64,000 nucleotides of DNA from NCBI GenBank assembly GCA_002269645.1, contig NIVC01001754.1, positions 54,081 to 118,080 on the forward strand, written 5' to 3'. The notes beneath the pieces are model-generated. The model was not told the origin of the DNA, made no database searches, and was given only the letters and a program-made list of their open reading frames with translations. Below are positions 1 through 13,300 of the stretch, piece after piece (the stretch's first letter is position 1; each line of letters opens with the position of its first letter). The position numbers were made by a program, and so were the translations under genes. The DNA is from Macrostomum lignano. Taxonomy: Eukaryota.

Positions 1-802
1 GGGGCTCCAGCTGGTCCAGCATCTGCTGGCGAAACTCGCTGCGTCTTTCCTTTACGCTGCTGTGGTTCGGCCTGCGGTCTCGGCCGCTCGGTCCGCCTAT
101 GCCAGTCGCCATTCCGGTGCTGCAGGCGCGCGGCCGACTATTCAAGCTGACTATTCCTGAGACAGCGGCGGATTCTCGACGACGCTGCTGCTGCTGCTTG
201 TCCGACTTGGGGCGCTGCTTGCTGATGCCGGGTTGCGCAGCGATGTCCACCGCAACCGTTTGTTCCGCTGTCTCCTGGACTTCAACAACGGGCTCGCAAC
301 TGGCTGTAGTCGCTGGCCCCTCTTCGTCCACTTGCCGAAGTCCTCCGCTGACCAGCTGAAACTCTTCGGCTCGTGGCGAGGCTGCCGAGAAACTGCCGCT
401 CCGCTGTTGGCCCGGATCTGCGGCGGCCCAGTGCACCGCGTTCAGCAGACAGTCGTCCTGCAGCTGCTGCTGCCGGGGACTCGAGGACTGAAGCTGCCGA
501 GGCGACGAGCTCAGGCCGGTCGGGCTGTTGGCTAGTCGGCAGAACAAGTCGAAATCGTCGTCAGCGCCTTCGCTATCGTCAATTGGGACGCCTTCGCCAC
601 TGCCGCCGCTGCCGCTGCGGCCTGCCCGACGGTGTCGCTCCCGGCTGGCGCTGGCTTGAAACGCTCGCCCGACGGTCAGCAGGTCGCGGTCGGCGTGAAC
701 TGTCGCTCGTCGAGTCTGTCGACCGTGCGGATCGGCTGGGAGCTGCTGCGGCGGCTGCTGCTGACGCTTGGTGGCCGGGGCTGGCAGCACGGTTGAAGCC
801 AT
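1..802 (-). CDS. Coding exon of an unidentified gene, low-complexity/disordered; runs off the left edge
   Basis: Hand translation from ATG at 802 gives 267 codons with no stop (MASTVLPAPATKRQQQPPQQ...EFRQQMLDQLEP). GC-rich, and preceded by a CTCAG acceptor-like site ending at 804. Absent from the ORF track because no stop lies inside the window. Confidence 0.7.
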   Translation of the reverse strand, partial: MASTVLPAPATKRQQQPPQQLPADPHGRQTRRATVHADRDLLTVGRAFQASASRERHRRAGRSGSGGSGEGVPIDDSEGADDDFDLFCRLANSPTGLSSSPRQLQSSSPRQQQLQDDCLLNAVHWAAADPGQQRSGSFSAASPRAEEFQLVSGGLRQVDEEGPATTASCEPVVEVQETAEQTVAVDIAAQPGISKQRPKSDKQQQQRRRESAAVSGIVSLNSRPRACSTGMATGIGGPSGRDRRPNHSSVKERRSEFRQQMLDQLEP

Positions 803-1424
803 TCTGAGCGGCAGATTTTGGGGTATAAATTTTTATAGCAACAACAGAAGCCGAGCAGAAGCTGCCCTCGAAACTGCACGGGGTTGGTCAGGGGGTTGCA
901 GGGCGGGGGCTGTGCCGGTCCGTTAGTTGCGAGCTTCTCTTTCTTTGCGCACAGACGCGGCTTGTGCCAAGCCCAGGCGTCAGTCACAGGGTGCAGGCGA
1001 TCCCACAGGGGGAGCAGGGGGGAGGTTGCGTGCGGCAGGGACCCCTCCACGCTAAGGCCGACACGGTATCGACCATTATTGAGAACAGGGCCAGTAGAGC
1101 CAGGCTTTGATCCCACTGGAAGCTTTATTTCTCTTCTCTCAATGGGAAACATTATCTAGCTCGTAGGGATCGTGGGGAATCGATCCCTCACAGGGGGTGG
1201 ACTGGGGTGAGGTTGGAGACTGCCGGTGCGAACCTCCGACACTTCTGAGCGCTTCATCATATTGACCTCAAGCTTTCTGCTGCTCTGCTAGGCTCCGGTA
1301 ATTTATGTTTGACACTGTTATTAGAGAATTTTGACCAGTACAGAGCAGCATTATTAGATTATCCTGTGTGTTTTCTAGGGCACTGTTTATGCGGCTTTTA
1401 TGACAAACTTCCTATAACAGAGGA

Positions 1425-1889
<465 letters not shown>

Positions 1890-2273
1890 TATTAGCAGCG
1901 TTACCTTTTTAAGAATTCCTGCAGCATAGCAAATATAAAGTGCAAGCTATGGTAGAAAATAATGGGTATAAGCCAGGTCCCAGGAGCAGGAGAGAGAAGG
2001 AGTTCTCAAATATGCCTGCCGTCGCCTCTCACCACCCCCGAGAGAGGTGAGAATCGATCCGCACTGAAGGGTTGGGCGGAGGGTGCGTGGGCGAGTCCTG
2101 ACGAAATCGCTGGCTTTAAGACACTTTTTTCGTCTGCTTGCTGCTCCCTGATCGGTGTTCTCCCCCCCTTCCCCTATCCCGTATGTTAACTTTTTTATTT
2201 TACCATCACTCGGATATTCTTTGCAATAGTTCATAGGTGCAGCCTCTGCATTTTGGTTACTCTATTCTACTGT

Positions 2274-2548
2274 CTGTCACTCTCATATTGTCACTAATCT
2301 CATATTGTCACTAATCTCATATTGTCACTAGTCTCATATTGTCACTAATCTCATATTGTCACTAGTCTCATATTGTCACTAATCTCATATTGTCACTAAT
2401 CTCATATTGTCACTTATCTCATATTGTCACTTATCTCATATTGTCACTAATCTCATATTGTCACTAATCTCATATTGTCACTAGTCTCATATTGTCACTA
2501 ATTTCATATTGTCACTAATCTCATATTGTCACTAATCTCATATTGTCA
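2274..2548. repeat. 17-bp minisatellite (TATTGTCACTAATCTCA)n
   Basis: About 16 tandem units read directly. Confidence 0.95.
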
Positions 2549-5500
2549 TGTAGTCATTTTCATACTCGTACTGTCCACAGACTACTTAAGTGTCGCTTAA
2601 GTAGTCCGCGGCATAGTCACTCTCGTATTTTCACTCTTGTGTAATTGTCACTCTCGTATTTTCACTCTTGTATAATTGTCACTCTCACGTTTTCACTGCT
2701 GCGATTGTCACTTCTATTACACCACTCTCATACGTACAGATCTCTCAATAAGTTTTGGTAATGTTTTTCTAACCTATTGTAATTTTTTACGATCTAATAT
2801 TTTAAGTTAACAAATCTTGTAGGTAATTATTTAAACAAATTAAGATTGTTTGTCGCGAAACTATTTTCATACAAATTTAATTGTAATTTGAGAAAACAAT
2901 GGTAAATTTTTGCAACCCGATCTCTAATTCACGTAAAATAAACGTATTGCACTACTGCCCAGAGGTGTAATAAGTACTAGTAGCAAGTAAGATTTCTAAT
3001 TTCGGCGGTTTTTAGCTACTAAGTCAAACAAAGCAAAAATAAGATTATTGACATTTCTCTGCGTCGATCAAACGTGTTTATGGCTTCATGGCTCAGTTGA
3101 GTCCATAGTTTCTGGATAGGCAGCTCTGAGCACACTGATATATTCACGTTACTAACCAGTATGAAGTAACATCATCTATCCAAAGCTGAGCTGATGCGAG
3201 TTATACACTGCATCTTTTTGATGGCATGCAGAAAAGTACAGTACTTTTCAGATGATGAATAGAAGTCTTTATTCTTATTCTGAATAATCGACTGAACGTC
3301 TGAACTAGCTCGTAACTCATCATATGCTTAAGTTGGGTAACCTGACTGTCAAGCAAAATGATTGTCATGCATCGATGGCGTGCAATATTCTGGTAATTTT
3401 AGAGCAGAGAACATATGCAGGTGGTGAGAGTAACATTAGTTAATAACAATTTAATTTCGTATACTTTTATATACGACTCGTAGAATTGATCTACTCGATT
3501 TTATATAAATATTACAGCTATAGAATTTAGTTACAGTAGTTTTCGTGTGTCCTTGATTAAAATAACTCCAGGGACAACTACTAAGACGACTGTGTTTTAT
3601 TTGTCCCTAAATAACTCTTTTTTTAAATAAAATACTCGTAGCCAAATAAAAGCTAAATTATCTTAAAGAAATGTAGTTGTTCATTTTAGATAATTTGTTA
3701 ATTTCATTGGTAGTATGAATGAAAAGACGCGGTTAATCAAATAATAAAAATAAACATAGTTATTTATTAAATTCCTATAGTGGAAATTAGAAGAAAATAC
3801 AAAATATTATATGAGAATACTTACGTAAATTATGTATGGGTAACAGCTGACTAAAACAAATACAAATTAAGGTAATATAAAATTACTTAGTTTTTTATCT
3901 ACCTAAAAATAGGTTTTTAGTCACCTCACCGCTAATTTTAAGCTAGATTCTGCGCAATTTTAATTTCACTAATTTGACTTTCGACATCGAGAGAAAGTCG
4001 AACTCTAGAATAATTAAAACAACTAAGATAAAAAATTATTAGAAAATTCTAAAAAAATCCATCCTTCAATTAGTGACAACTTTAAAAAAGAGGATAAATT
4101 TCTATTCCTGAAAAATTTTCTGCAGCAGCCCAAATTCGATGACTGAAGGATTCCTTGTTGAAGATTCTAGTTTGTTTTGGCACTCTGAGAAAAATAAGTG
4201 GGTGGAGCGAAACAGAAAAATGAAATTGTCTGCACACAAACGCAGCGGAGTTCAAGCAAACAGTCAAAGACAAAAATGCTTCATTCAGAAAGCAGTTTGC
4301 CCACTCGAATAGAAGCTAAAAATAGACAAAAAATGATGTTTTTCAAGACTTTGGCTAAAATCTCGAAAATACATGCTTTAGAGAATTCACATAGCGTCTG
4401 CAAAATCTCTTTTTTAATTCTTTCTATTCTTTTTATATTTTATTCTTTGTAATTCAGAATTTTCTAGTATTCTAGCTGGTTGTCTAATTTCTCGATTTCA
4501 AATTTCAGAATTTCTTTTTTCTAATTGCTGATTTAAGATTTCTTATTTTCTGATGTCATATCTGAGTTTCGATTTACGATATCTGATTTAACATTTCCGG
4601 TTAAGGATTTCCGATTAAAGATTTCCGACTAGTGATTTCCAATTTATGATTTCCGATTCCTGATTTCTAATTAGAAGTTAATTTTTTTAACTTTTTATTT
4701 TGCCGTTTGCGCGATTCGGTCTAAATTTATAAATTACTACTCACTTAGTCTCCCTTACTTTGCCAATGAACTCATCGCTCTCACTGGAGCAGTTTGAGAT
4801 GCAATATACCACCTGCCACTGAATATTGACGGACAAACACAAGCTAATGGGCTGCAAACAAGCTGCACAGGTGTTTGGCAATAAAACTCATACGAACTAA
4901 CCCATAGAAATGCGCCTGACTTCCTTCACTTTCTGTGGGATCTATAGTGGGAAGGGAGAAAAGAATTCTTTGACTGACAAACTGGGAGATTCGCAGGCAA
5001 TAGTAGCCCGGTAGGGTCAATATTTTCTATCAGACTTATCCCAAAGCCCCCATTGCGTCCCTTATCCCCGCGGCGGTTTCGGCAAACATGGGATTTCCGC
5101 TAAACCTGAAGCTGCGATGCGACCTCTCTTCCTCTCTCTCTCTCATATCGCCCCTGGATCCCTCTCCCATATGCCTGCATAAAAATAACCCCCATAAGTT
5201 CACGACCCCGCCCGTCAGGTCCAGCGCCTTCGCTAAGCAGTTACCTGAAACTATAAATAAAAATATTTCCATACCCCCACTAGCAGAAACATTATACTGT
5301 CACAAAATCTCCTTAGCTCGGATCCCAAGTATACTAAACTGACACTCCACTCCCGTTATTTTCTCCCCCCCCCTTGGCTAGAGAATGCACACTTCCCATA
5401 AAAAGAAGCCCAGGGTTCATTGTGCGTTACTTAACTGGGGTAAAAGGGAAACCCAGAAAGTCAAGCTCCATGCTTATCCATCAAAAGGTTCTGTCTCGCC

Positions 5501-5804
5501 CTTCCCCCCTCTCGCCCTTCCCCCCCTCTCTCTCTCTCTCTCTCTGGAGCCCTGATGTTTCTATTTGTGCTCTGCATCCAGATGCCCGCGTGGCTGCTAC
5601 TGGGTCTCGTTTGGTCACACTTCGATGACGACTTTTTTTATAAATAACTGATCAAGCTTGACTACTCCGCGAACTGCATGGCTGGCAGTTGTGTCTGATG
5701 GTTCACATCGAGACACGACTGCCACTCTTCTAAGCTACCGCTCCATCCTCTCCCTTCTCTGTCTTGTGTCCCTTCTCTTGAATCTCTTCCTTCAGAATTC
5801 TCAG

Positions 5805-6175
5805 GTCCCTGTCCCATCTCACCTCTATACAATATCACCTCACGGAGATACTCCAGAATTCTCAGGTCCCTATACAATATCACCTCACGTAGATACTCCA
5901 GAATTCTCAGGTCCCTATACAATATCACCTCACAGAGATACTCCAGTATTATCAGGTCCCTATACAATATCACCTCACAGAGATACTCCAGAATTCTCAG
6001 GTCCCTATACAATATCACCTCACGTAGATACTCCAGAATTCTCAGGTCCCTATACAATATCACCTCACAGAGATACTCCAGTATTATCAGGTCCCTATAC
6101 AATATCACCTCACAGAGATACTCCAGTATTATCAGGTCCTTATGCGATCTCATCTCACGGAGACACTCCAGAATT
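5805..6175. repeat. 45-bp minisatellite (GGTCCCTATACAATATCACCTCAC...)
   Basis: About 8 units; explains ORFs 5658-6224 and 5662-6216 (15-aa periodicity). Confidence 0.93.
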
Positions 6176-7309
6176 CTCCCATGTCGCTTCCTCAGTCTCA
6201 TACAACTCTCAGACAAGAACTTGATTCACTGCTCAACTAATATTTAAAGGCGATAAGAGAGCCCGAACTGCGAGAGCCCACTCCAGTTACATTTAGCTCT
6301 TAAGAGCTTAGTAAAGCAATTGAGCAATTTAAATTGCTGACCTCGTGTGACCCCAGTGTTACTCAAAAATAGCTATTTAGCTGGGCTTAGTGCGTTGGTT
6401 CTAATTCCCAGCTTGGAGGTAGATTGCAATCGTGTTTCTTCGAAGTTGTTTTTAGCGCGCTACGTTTTGAGCGAAAGAAAGTACATTAGAGTAGAAGCTA
6501 ACACTGTATATGCCTAGTCTTACTTGCAGTCACGACCAGCCTTCGTTAGCGAAGACAAAGTTAAGGAAGTTGATTTGGGTTGAAGAGCCTGCAGCCTCTG
6601 CTAAAGGGGGTCCTCGAAGTATGCACGCATCTCCTTTAGCTGGGATTTGAAGATCCTCTTGAAGCTTCATCCTCATCAGTTTGACCGATGAGGATGAAGG
6701 GAAAATTAAGGAAGCAAAGCTATCCAAAGGGAAGTCACCAAAGCAGGCCAGCAACCAGATCTTCACTTACCTTGTATCGAGCTGCAGTTAGTAGGTAGGG
6801 TTACTGACTTAGGAATTAGAATAAATTCGGTGTGTACGAAATGAGTTCTGAACTGCCCTGACATCGGCCTGGGTATTTATGCTCCAGTTATTCACTCTGT
6901 CACTGTACGCCTATTTTTATCTGGCCAATCCCGTTCGTGCAGAAATCCCACTGACTGAGTCATTTGTAGGATCGACCCAGTGCCAAAGCTCTCTTCCAGA
7001 CAACGGGAGTTGGGATATGAGCTGCCGGAGAGGGAGAATATTACATGTAGGATGCAGCAGCAAGTCTGGAGGGGATAAAAGGTATTAGGATAAGGGGGGA
7101 CGCTTTTAGCTAGCGTTCCCAACTCAGCTGAGTTGCCTTTGATGATCTTCAACAGTGCGCATGGACTGGATTAGCAGTTTTTTTTATTTGCTTCCCTGAA
7201 TTCCCGACAGCTGAGTTGACCTTTGCTGCCCTGATGCTTGCTGACAATGCCTGACGCGGAGTTAACTCTGTTGACAGGTGTCTGAGCTAATAAGCTCGGA
7301 AAAGTACTC

Positions 7310-10300
7310 AGTCTAGTCTCAGTGTCTGGTCTCAGTGTCTGGTCTCAGTGTCCAGTCTCAGTGTCTGGTCTCAGTGTCCAGTCTTAGTGTCTGGTCTCAG
7401 TGTCCAGTCTCAGTGTCTGGTCTCAGTGTCCAGTCTCAGTGTCTGATCTCAGTGTCTGGTCTCAGTGTCTGGTCTCAGTGTCCAGTCTCAGTGTCCAGTC
7501 TCAGTGTCTGGTCTCAGTGTCTGGTCTCAGTGTCTGGTCTCAGTGTCCAGTCTCAGTGTCCAGTCTCAGTGTCTGGTCTCAGTGTCTGGTCTCAGTGTCT
7601 GGTCTCAGTGTCTGGTCTCAGTGTCTGATCTCAGTGTCTGGTCTCAGTGTCTGATCTCAGTGTCTGATCTCAGTGTCTGATCTCAGTGTCTGGTCTCAGT
7701 GTCCAGTCTCAGTGTCCAGTCTCAGTGTCCAGTCTCAGTGTCTGGTCTCAGTGTCTGGTCTCAGTGTCTGGTCTCAGTGTCTGGTCTCAGTGTCTGGTCT
7801 CAGTGTCTGATCTCAGTGTCCAGTGTCTGGTCTCAGTGTCTGGTCTCAGTGTCTGGTCTCAGTATCTGGTCTCAGTGTCTGGTCTCAGTGTCTGATCTCA
7901 GTGTCCAGTGTCTGTGACTCAGTGTCTGGTCTCAGTGTCCAGTCTCAGTGTCTGGTCTCAGTGTCTGGTCTCAGTGTCTGGTCTCAGTGTCCAGTCTCAG
8001 TGTCTGGTCTCAGTGTCTGGTCTCAGTGTCTGGTCTCAGTGTCTGATCTCAGTGTCTGGTCTCAGTGTCTGATCTCAGTGTCTGGTCTCAGTGTCCAGTC
8101 TCAGTGTCCAGTCTCAGTGTCCAGTCTCAGTGTCCAGTCTCAGTGTCCAGTCTCAGTGTCTGTGTCTCAGTGTCTGGTCTCAGTGTCCAGTCTCAGTGTC
8201 CAGTCTCAGTGTCTGTGACTCAGTGTCTGGTCTCAGTGTCTGGTCTCAGTGTCTGGTCTCAGTGTCTGGTCTCAGTGTCCAGTCTCAGTGTCCAGTCTCA
8301 GTGTCTGGTCTCAGTGTCCAGTCTGAGTGTCCAGTCTCAGTGTCCAGTCTCAGTGTCCAGTCTCAGTGTCCAGTCTCAGTGTCTGATCTCAGTGTCTGGT
8401 CTCAGTGTCTGTGTCTCAGTGTCCAGTCTGAGTGTCCAGTCTCAGTGTCTAGTCTCAGTGTCCAGTCTCAGTGTCTGGTCTCAGTGTCTGGTCTCAGTGT
8501 CCAGTCTCAGTGTCTGGTCTCAGTGTCCAGTCTCAGTGTCCAGTCTCAGTGTCTGGTCTCAGTGTCTGGTCTCAGTGTCCAGTCTCAGTGTCTGGTCTCA
8601 GTGTCCAGTCTCAGTGTCCAGTCTCAGTGTCTGGTCTCAGTGTCCAGTCTCAGTATCTGGTCTCAGTGTCCAGTCTCAATGTCCAGTCTCAGTGTCCAGT
8701 CTCAGTGTCCAGTCTCAGTGTCCAGTCTCAGTGTCCAGTCTCAGTGTCCAGTCTCAGTGTCCAGTCTCAGTGTCCAGTCTCAGTGTCCAGTCTCAGTGTC
8801 CAGTCTCAGTGTCCAGTCTCAGTGTCCAGTCTCAGTGTCCAGTCTCAGTGTCTGGTCACAGTGTCCAGTCTCAGTGTCCAGTCTCAGTGTCCAGTCTCAG
8901 TGTCCAGTCTCAGTGTCCAGTCTCAGTGTCTGGTCTCAGTGTCCAGTCTCAGTGTCCAGTCTCAGTGTCCAGTCTCAGTGTCTGGTCTCAGTGTCTGTGA
9001 CTCAGTGTCTAGTCTCAGTATCTGTGACTCAGTGTCTAGTCTCAGTGTCCAGTCTCAGTGTCTGGTCTCAGTGTCTGGTCTCAGTGTCTGGTCTCAGTGT
9101 CTGGTCTTAGTGTCTGTGTCTCAGTGTCTGGTCTCAGTGTCCAGTCTCAATGTCCAGTCTCAGTGTCCAGTCTTAGTATCTGGTCTCAGTGTCTGGTCTC
9201 AGTGTCCAGTCTCAGTGTCTGTGACTCAGTGTCTAGTCTCAGTGTCTGTGACTCAGTGTCTAGTCTCAGTGTCCAGTCTCAGTGTCCAGTCTCAGTGTCT
9301 GGTCTCAGTGTCTGGTCTCAGTGTCTGGTCTTAGTGTCTGTGTCTCAGTGTCTGGTCTCAGTGTCCAGTCTCAGTGTCCAGTCTCAGTGTCCAGTCTCAG
9401 TGTCTGGTCTCAGTGTCTGGTCTCAGTGTCCAGTCTCAGTGTCTGGTCTCAGTGTCCAGTCTCAGTGTCTGTGTCTCAGTGTCTGGTCTCAGTGTCCAGT
9501 CTCAGTGTCCAGTCTCAGTGTCTGGTCTCAGTGTCCAGTCTCAGTGTCCAGTCTCAGTGTCCAGTCTCAGTGTCTGGTCTCAGTGTCCAGTCTCAGTGTC
9601 CAGTCTCAGTGTCCAGTCTCAGTGTCTGGTCTCAGTGTCCAGTCTTAGTGTCTGGTCTCAGTGTCCAGTCTCAGTGTCTGGTCTCAGTGTCCAGTCTCAG
9701 TGTCTGATCTCAGTGTCTGGTCTCAGTGTCTGGTCTCAGTGTCCAGTCTCAGTGTCCAGTCTCAGTGTCTGGTCTCAGTGTCTGGTCTCAGTGTCTGGTC
9801 TCAGTGTCCAGTCTCAGTGTCCAGTCTCAGTGTCTGGTCTCAGTGTCTGGTCTCAGTGTCTGGTCTCAGTGTCTGGTCTCAGTGTCTGATCTCAGTGTCT
9901 GGTCTCAGTGTCTGATCTCAGTGTCTGATCTCAGTGTCTGATCTCAGTGTCTGGTCTCAGTGTCCAGTCTCAGTGTCCAGTCTCAGTGTCCAGTCTCAGT
10001 GTCTGGTCTCAGTGTCTGGTCTCAGTGTCTGGTCTCAGTGTCTGGTCTCAGTGTCTGGTCTCAGTGTCTGATCTCAGTGTCCAGTGTCTGGTCTCAGTGT
10101 CTGGTCTCAGTGTCTGGTCTCAGTATCTGGTCTCAGTGTCTGGTCTCAGTGTCTGATCTCAGTGTCCAGTGTCTGTGACTCAGTGTCTGGTCTCAGTGTC
10201 CAGTCTCAGTGTCTGGTCTCAGTGTCTGGTCTCAGTGTCTGGTCTCAGTGTCCAGTCTCAGTGTCTGGTCTCAGTGTCTGGTCTCAGTGTTTGGTCTCAG

Positions 10301-13300
10301 TGTCTGATCTCAGTGTCTGGTCTCAGTGTCTGGTCTCAGTGTTTGGTCTCAGTGTCTGATCTCAGTGTCTGGTCTCAGTGTCTGATCTCAGTGTCTGGTC
10401 TCAGTGTCCAGTCTCAGTGTCCAGTCTCAGTGTCCAGTCTCAGTGTCCAGTCTCAGTGTCCAGTCTCAGTGTCTGTGTCTCAGTGTCTGGTCTCAGTGTC
10501 CAGTCTCAGTGTCCAGTCTCAGTGTCTGTGACTCAGTGTCTGGTCTCAGTGTCTGGTCTCAGTGTCTGGTCTCAGTGTCTGGTCTCAGTGTCCAGTCTCA
10601 GTGTCCAGTCTCAGTGTCTGGTCTCAGTGTCCAGTCTGAGTGTCCAGTCTCAGTGTCCAGTCTCAGTGTCCAGTCTCAGTGTCCAGTCTCAGTGTCCAGT
10701 CTCAGTGTCTGATCTCAGTGTCTGGTCTCAGTGTCTGTGTCTCAGTGTCCAGTCTGAGTGTCCAGTCTCAGTGTCTAGTCTCAGTGTCCAGTCTCAGTGT
10801 CTGGTCTCAGTGTCTGGTCTCAGTGTCCAGTCTCAGTGTCTGGTCTCAGTGTCCAGTCTCAGTGTCCAGTCTCAGTGTCTGGTCTCAGTGTCTGGTCTCA
10901 GTGTCCAGTCTCAGTGTCTGGTCTCAGTGTCCAGTCTCAGTGTCCAGTCTCAGTGTCTGGTCTCAGTGTCCAGTCTCAGTATCTGGTCTCAGTGTCCAGT
11001 CTCAATGTCCAGTCTCAGTGTCCAGTCTCAGTGTCCAGTCTCAGTGTCCAGTCTCAGTGTCCAGTCTCAGTGTCCAGTCTCAGTGTCCAGTCTCAGTGTC
11101 CAGTCTCAGTGTCCAGTCTCAGTGTCCAGTCTCAGTGTCCAGTCTCAGTGTCCAGTCTCAGTGTCCAGTCTCAGTGTCCAGTCTCAGTGTCCAGTCTCAG
11201 TGTCCAGTCTCAGTGTCCAGTCTCAGTGTCCAGTCTCAGTGTCTGGTCACAGTGTCCAGTCTCAGTGTCCAGTCTCAGTGTCCAGTCTCAGTGTCCAGTC
11301 TCAGTGTCCAGTCTCAGTGTCTGGTCTCAGTGTCCAGTCTCAGTGTCCAGTCTCAGTGTCCAGTCTCAGTGTCTGGTCTCAGTGTCTGTGACTCAGTGTC
11401 TAGTCTCAGTATCTGTGACTCAGTGTCTAGTCTCAGTGTCCAGTCTCAGTGTCTGGTCTCAGTGTCTGGTCTCAGTGTCTGGTCTCAGTGTCTGGTCTTA
11501 GTGTCTGTGTCTCAGTGTCTGGTCTCAGTGTCCAGTCTCAATGTCCAGTCTCAGTGTCCAGTCTTAGTATCTGGTCTCAGTGTCTGGTCTCAGTGTCCAG
11601 TCTCAGTGTCTGTGACTCAGTGTCTAGTCTCAGTGTCTGTGACTCAGTGTCTAGTCTCAGTGTCCAGTCTCAGTGTCCAGTCTCAGTGTCTGGTCTCAGT
11701 GTCTGGTCTCAGTGTCTGGTCTTAGTGTCTGTGTCTCAGTGTCTGGTCTCAGTGTCCAGTCTCAGTGTCCAGTCTCAGTGTCCAGTCTCAGTGTCTGGTC
11801 TCAGTGTCTGGTCTCAGTGTCCAGTCTCAGTGTCTGGTCTCAGTGTCCAGTCTCAGTGTCTGTGTCTCAGTGTCTGGTCTCAGTGTCCAGTCTCAGTGTC
11901 CAGTCTCAGTGTCTGGTCTCAGTGTCCAGTCTCAGTGTCCAGTCTCAGTGTCCAGTCTCAGTGTCTGGTCTCAGTGTCCAGTCTCAGTGTCTGGTCTCAG
12001 TGTCCAGTCTCAGTGTCCAGTCTCAGTGTCCAGTCTCAGTGTCTGGTCTCAGTGTCCAGTCTTAGTGTCTGGTCTCAGTGTCCAGTCTCAGTGTCTGGTC
12101 TCAGTGTCCAGTCTCAGTGTCTGATCTCAGTGTCTGGTCTCAGTGTCTGGTCTCAGTGTCCAGTCTCAGTGTCCAGTCTCAGTGTCTGGTCTCAGTGTCT
12201 GGTCTCAGTGTCTGGTCTCAGTGTCCAGTCTCAGTGTCCAGTCTCAGTGTCTGGTCTCAGTGTCTGGTCTCAGTGTCTGGTCTCAGTGTCTGGTCTCAGT
12301 GTCTGATCTCAGTGTCTGGTCTCAGTGTCTGATCTCAGTGTCTGATCTCAGTGTCTGATCTCAGTGTCTGGTCTCAGTGTCCAGTCTCAGTGTCCAGTCT
12401 CAGTGTCCAGTCTCAGTGTCTGGTCTCAGTGTCTGGTCTCAGTGTCTGGTCTCAGTGTCTGGTCTCAGTGTCTGGTCTCAGTGTCTGATCTCAGTGTCCA
12501 GTGTCTGGTCTCAGTGTCTGGTCTCAGTGTCTGGTCTCAGTATCTGGTCTCAGTGTCTGGTCTCAGTGTCTGATCTCAGTGTCCAGTGTCTGTGACTCAG
12601 TGTCTGGTCTCAGTGTCCAGTCTCAGTGTCTGGTCTCAGTGTCTGGTCTCAGTGTCTGGTCTCAGTGTCCAGTCTCAGTGTCTGGTCTCAGTGTCTGGTC
12701 TCAGTGTTTGGTCTCAGTGTCTGATCTCAGTGTCTGGTCTCAGTGTCTGGTCTCAGTGTTTGGTCTCAGTGTCTGATCTCAGTGTCTGGTCTCAGTGTCT
12801 GATCTCAGTGTCTGGTCTCAGTGTCCAGTCTCAGTGTCCAGTCTCAGTGTCCAGTCTCAGTGTCCAGTCTCAGTGTCCAGTCTCAGTGTCCAGTCTCAGT
12901 GTCTGTGTCTCAGTGTCTGGTCTCAGTGTCCAGTCTCAGTGTCCAGTCTCAGTGTCTGTGACTCAGTGTCTGGTCTCAGTGTCTGGTCTCAGTGTCTGGT
13001 CTCAGTGTCTGGTCTCAGTGTCCAGTCTCAGTGTCCAGTCTCAGTGTCTGGTCTCAGTGTCCAGTCTGAGTGTCCAGTCTCAGTGTCCAGTCTCAGTGTC
13101 CAGTCTCAGTGTCCAGTCTCAGTGTCTGATCTCAGTGTCTGGTCTCAGTGTCTGTGTCTCAGTGTCCAGTCTGAGTGTCCAGTCTCAGTGTCTAGTCTCA
13201 GTGTCCAGTCTCAGTGTCTGGTCTCAGTGTCTGGTCTCAGTGTCCAGTCTCAGTGTCTGGTCTCAGTGTCCAGTCTCAGTGTCCAGTCTCAGTGTCTGGT

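Noticed and set aside
880-1270. GC-rich structured segments here and at 1947-2190, 5036-5640 and 33700-33900 as LTRs or ribozymes
   Set aside because: Local hairpins exist, but I found no paired LTR, TSD or complete ribozyme topology
5658-6224. Apparent membrane protein with 15-aa repeats
   Set aside because: A 45-bp minisatellite open on both strands; no splice signals or homology evident
6660-6720. CUGAUGA hammerhead core on the minus strand (also CTGACGA at about 2098)
   Set aside because: No stem II followed by GAAA and no stem III/cleavage triplet could be built
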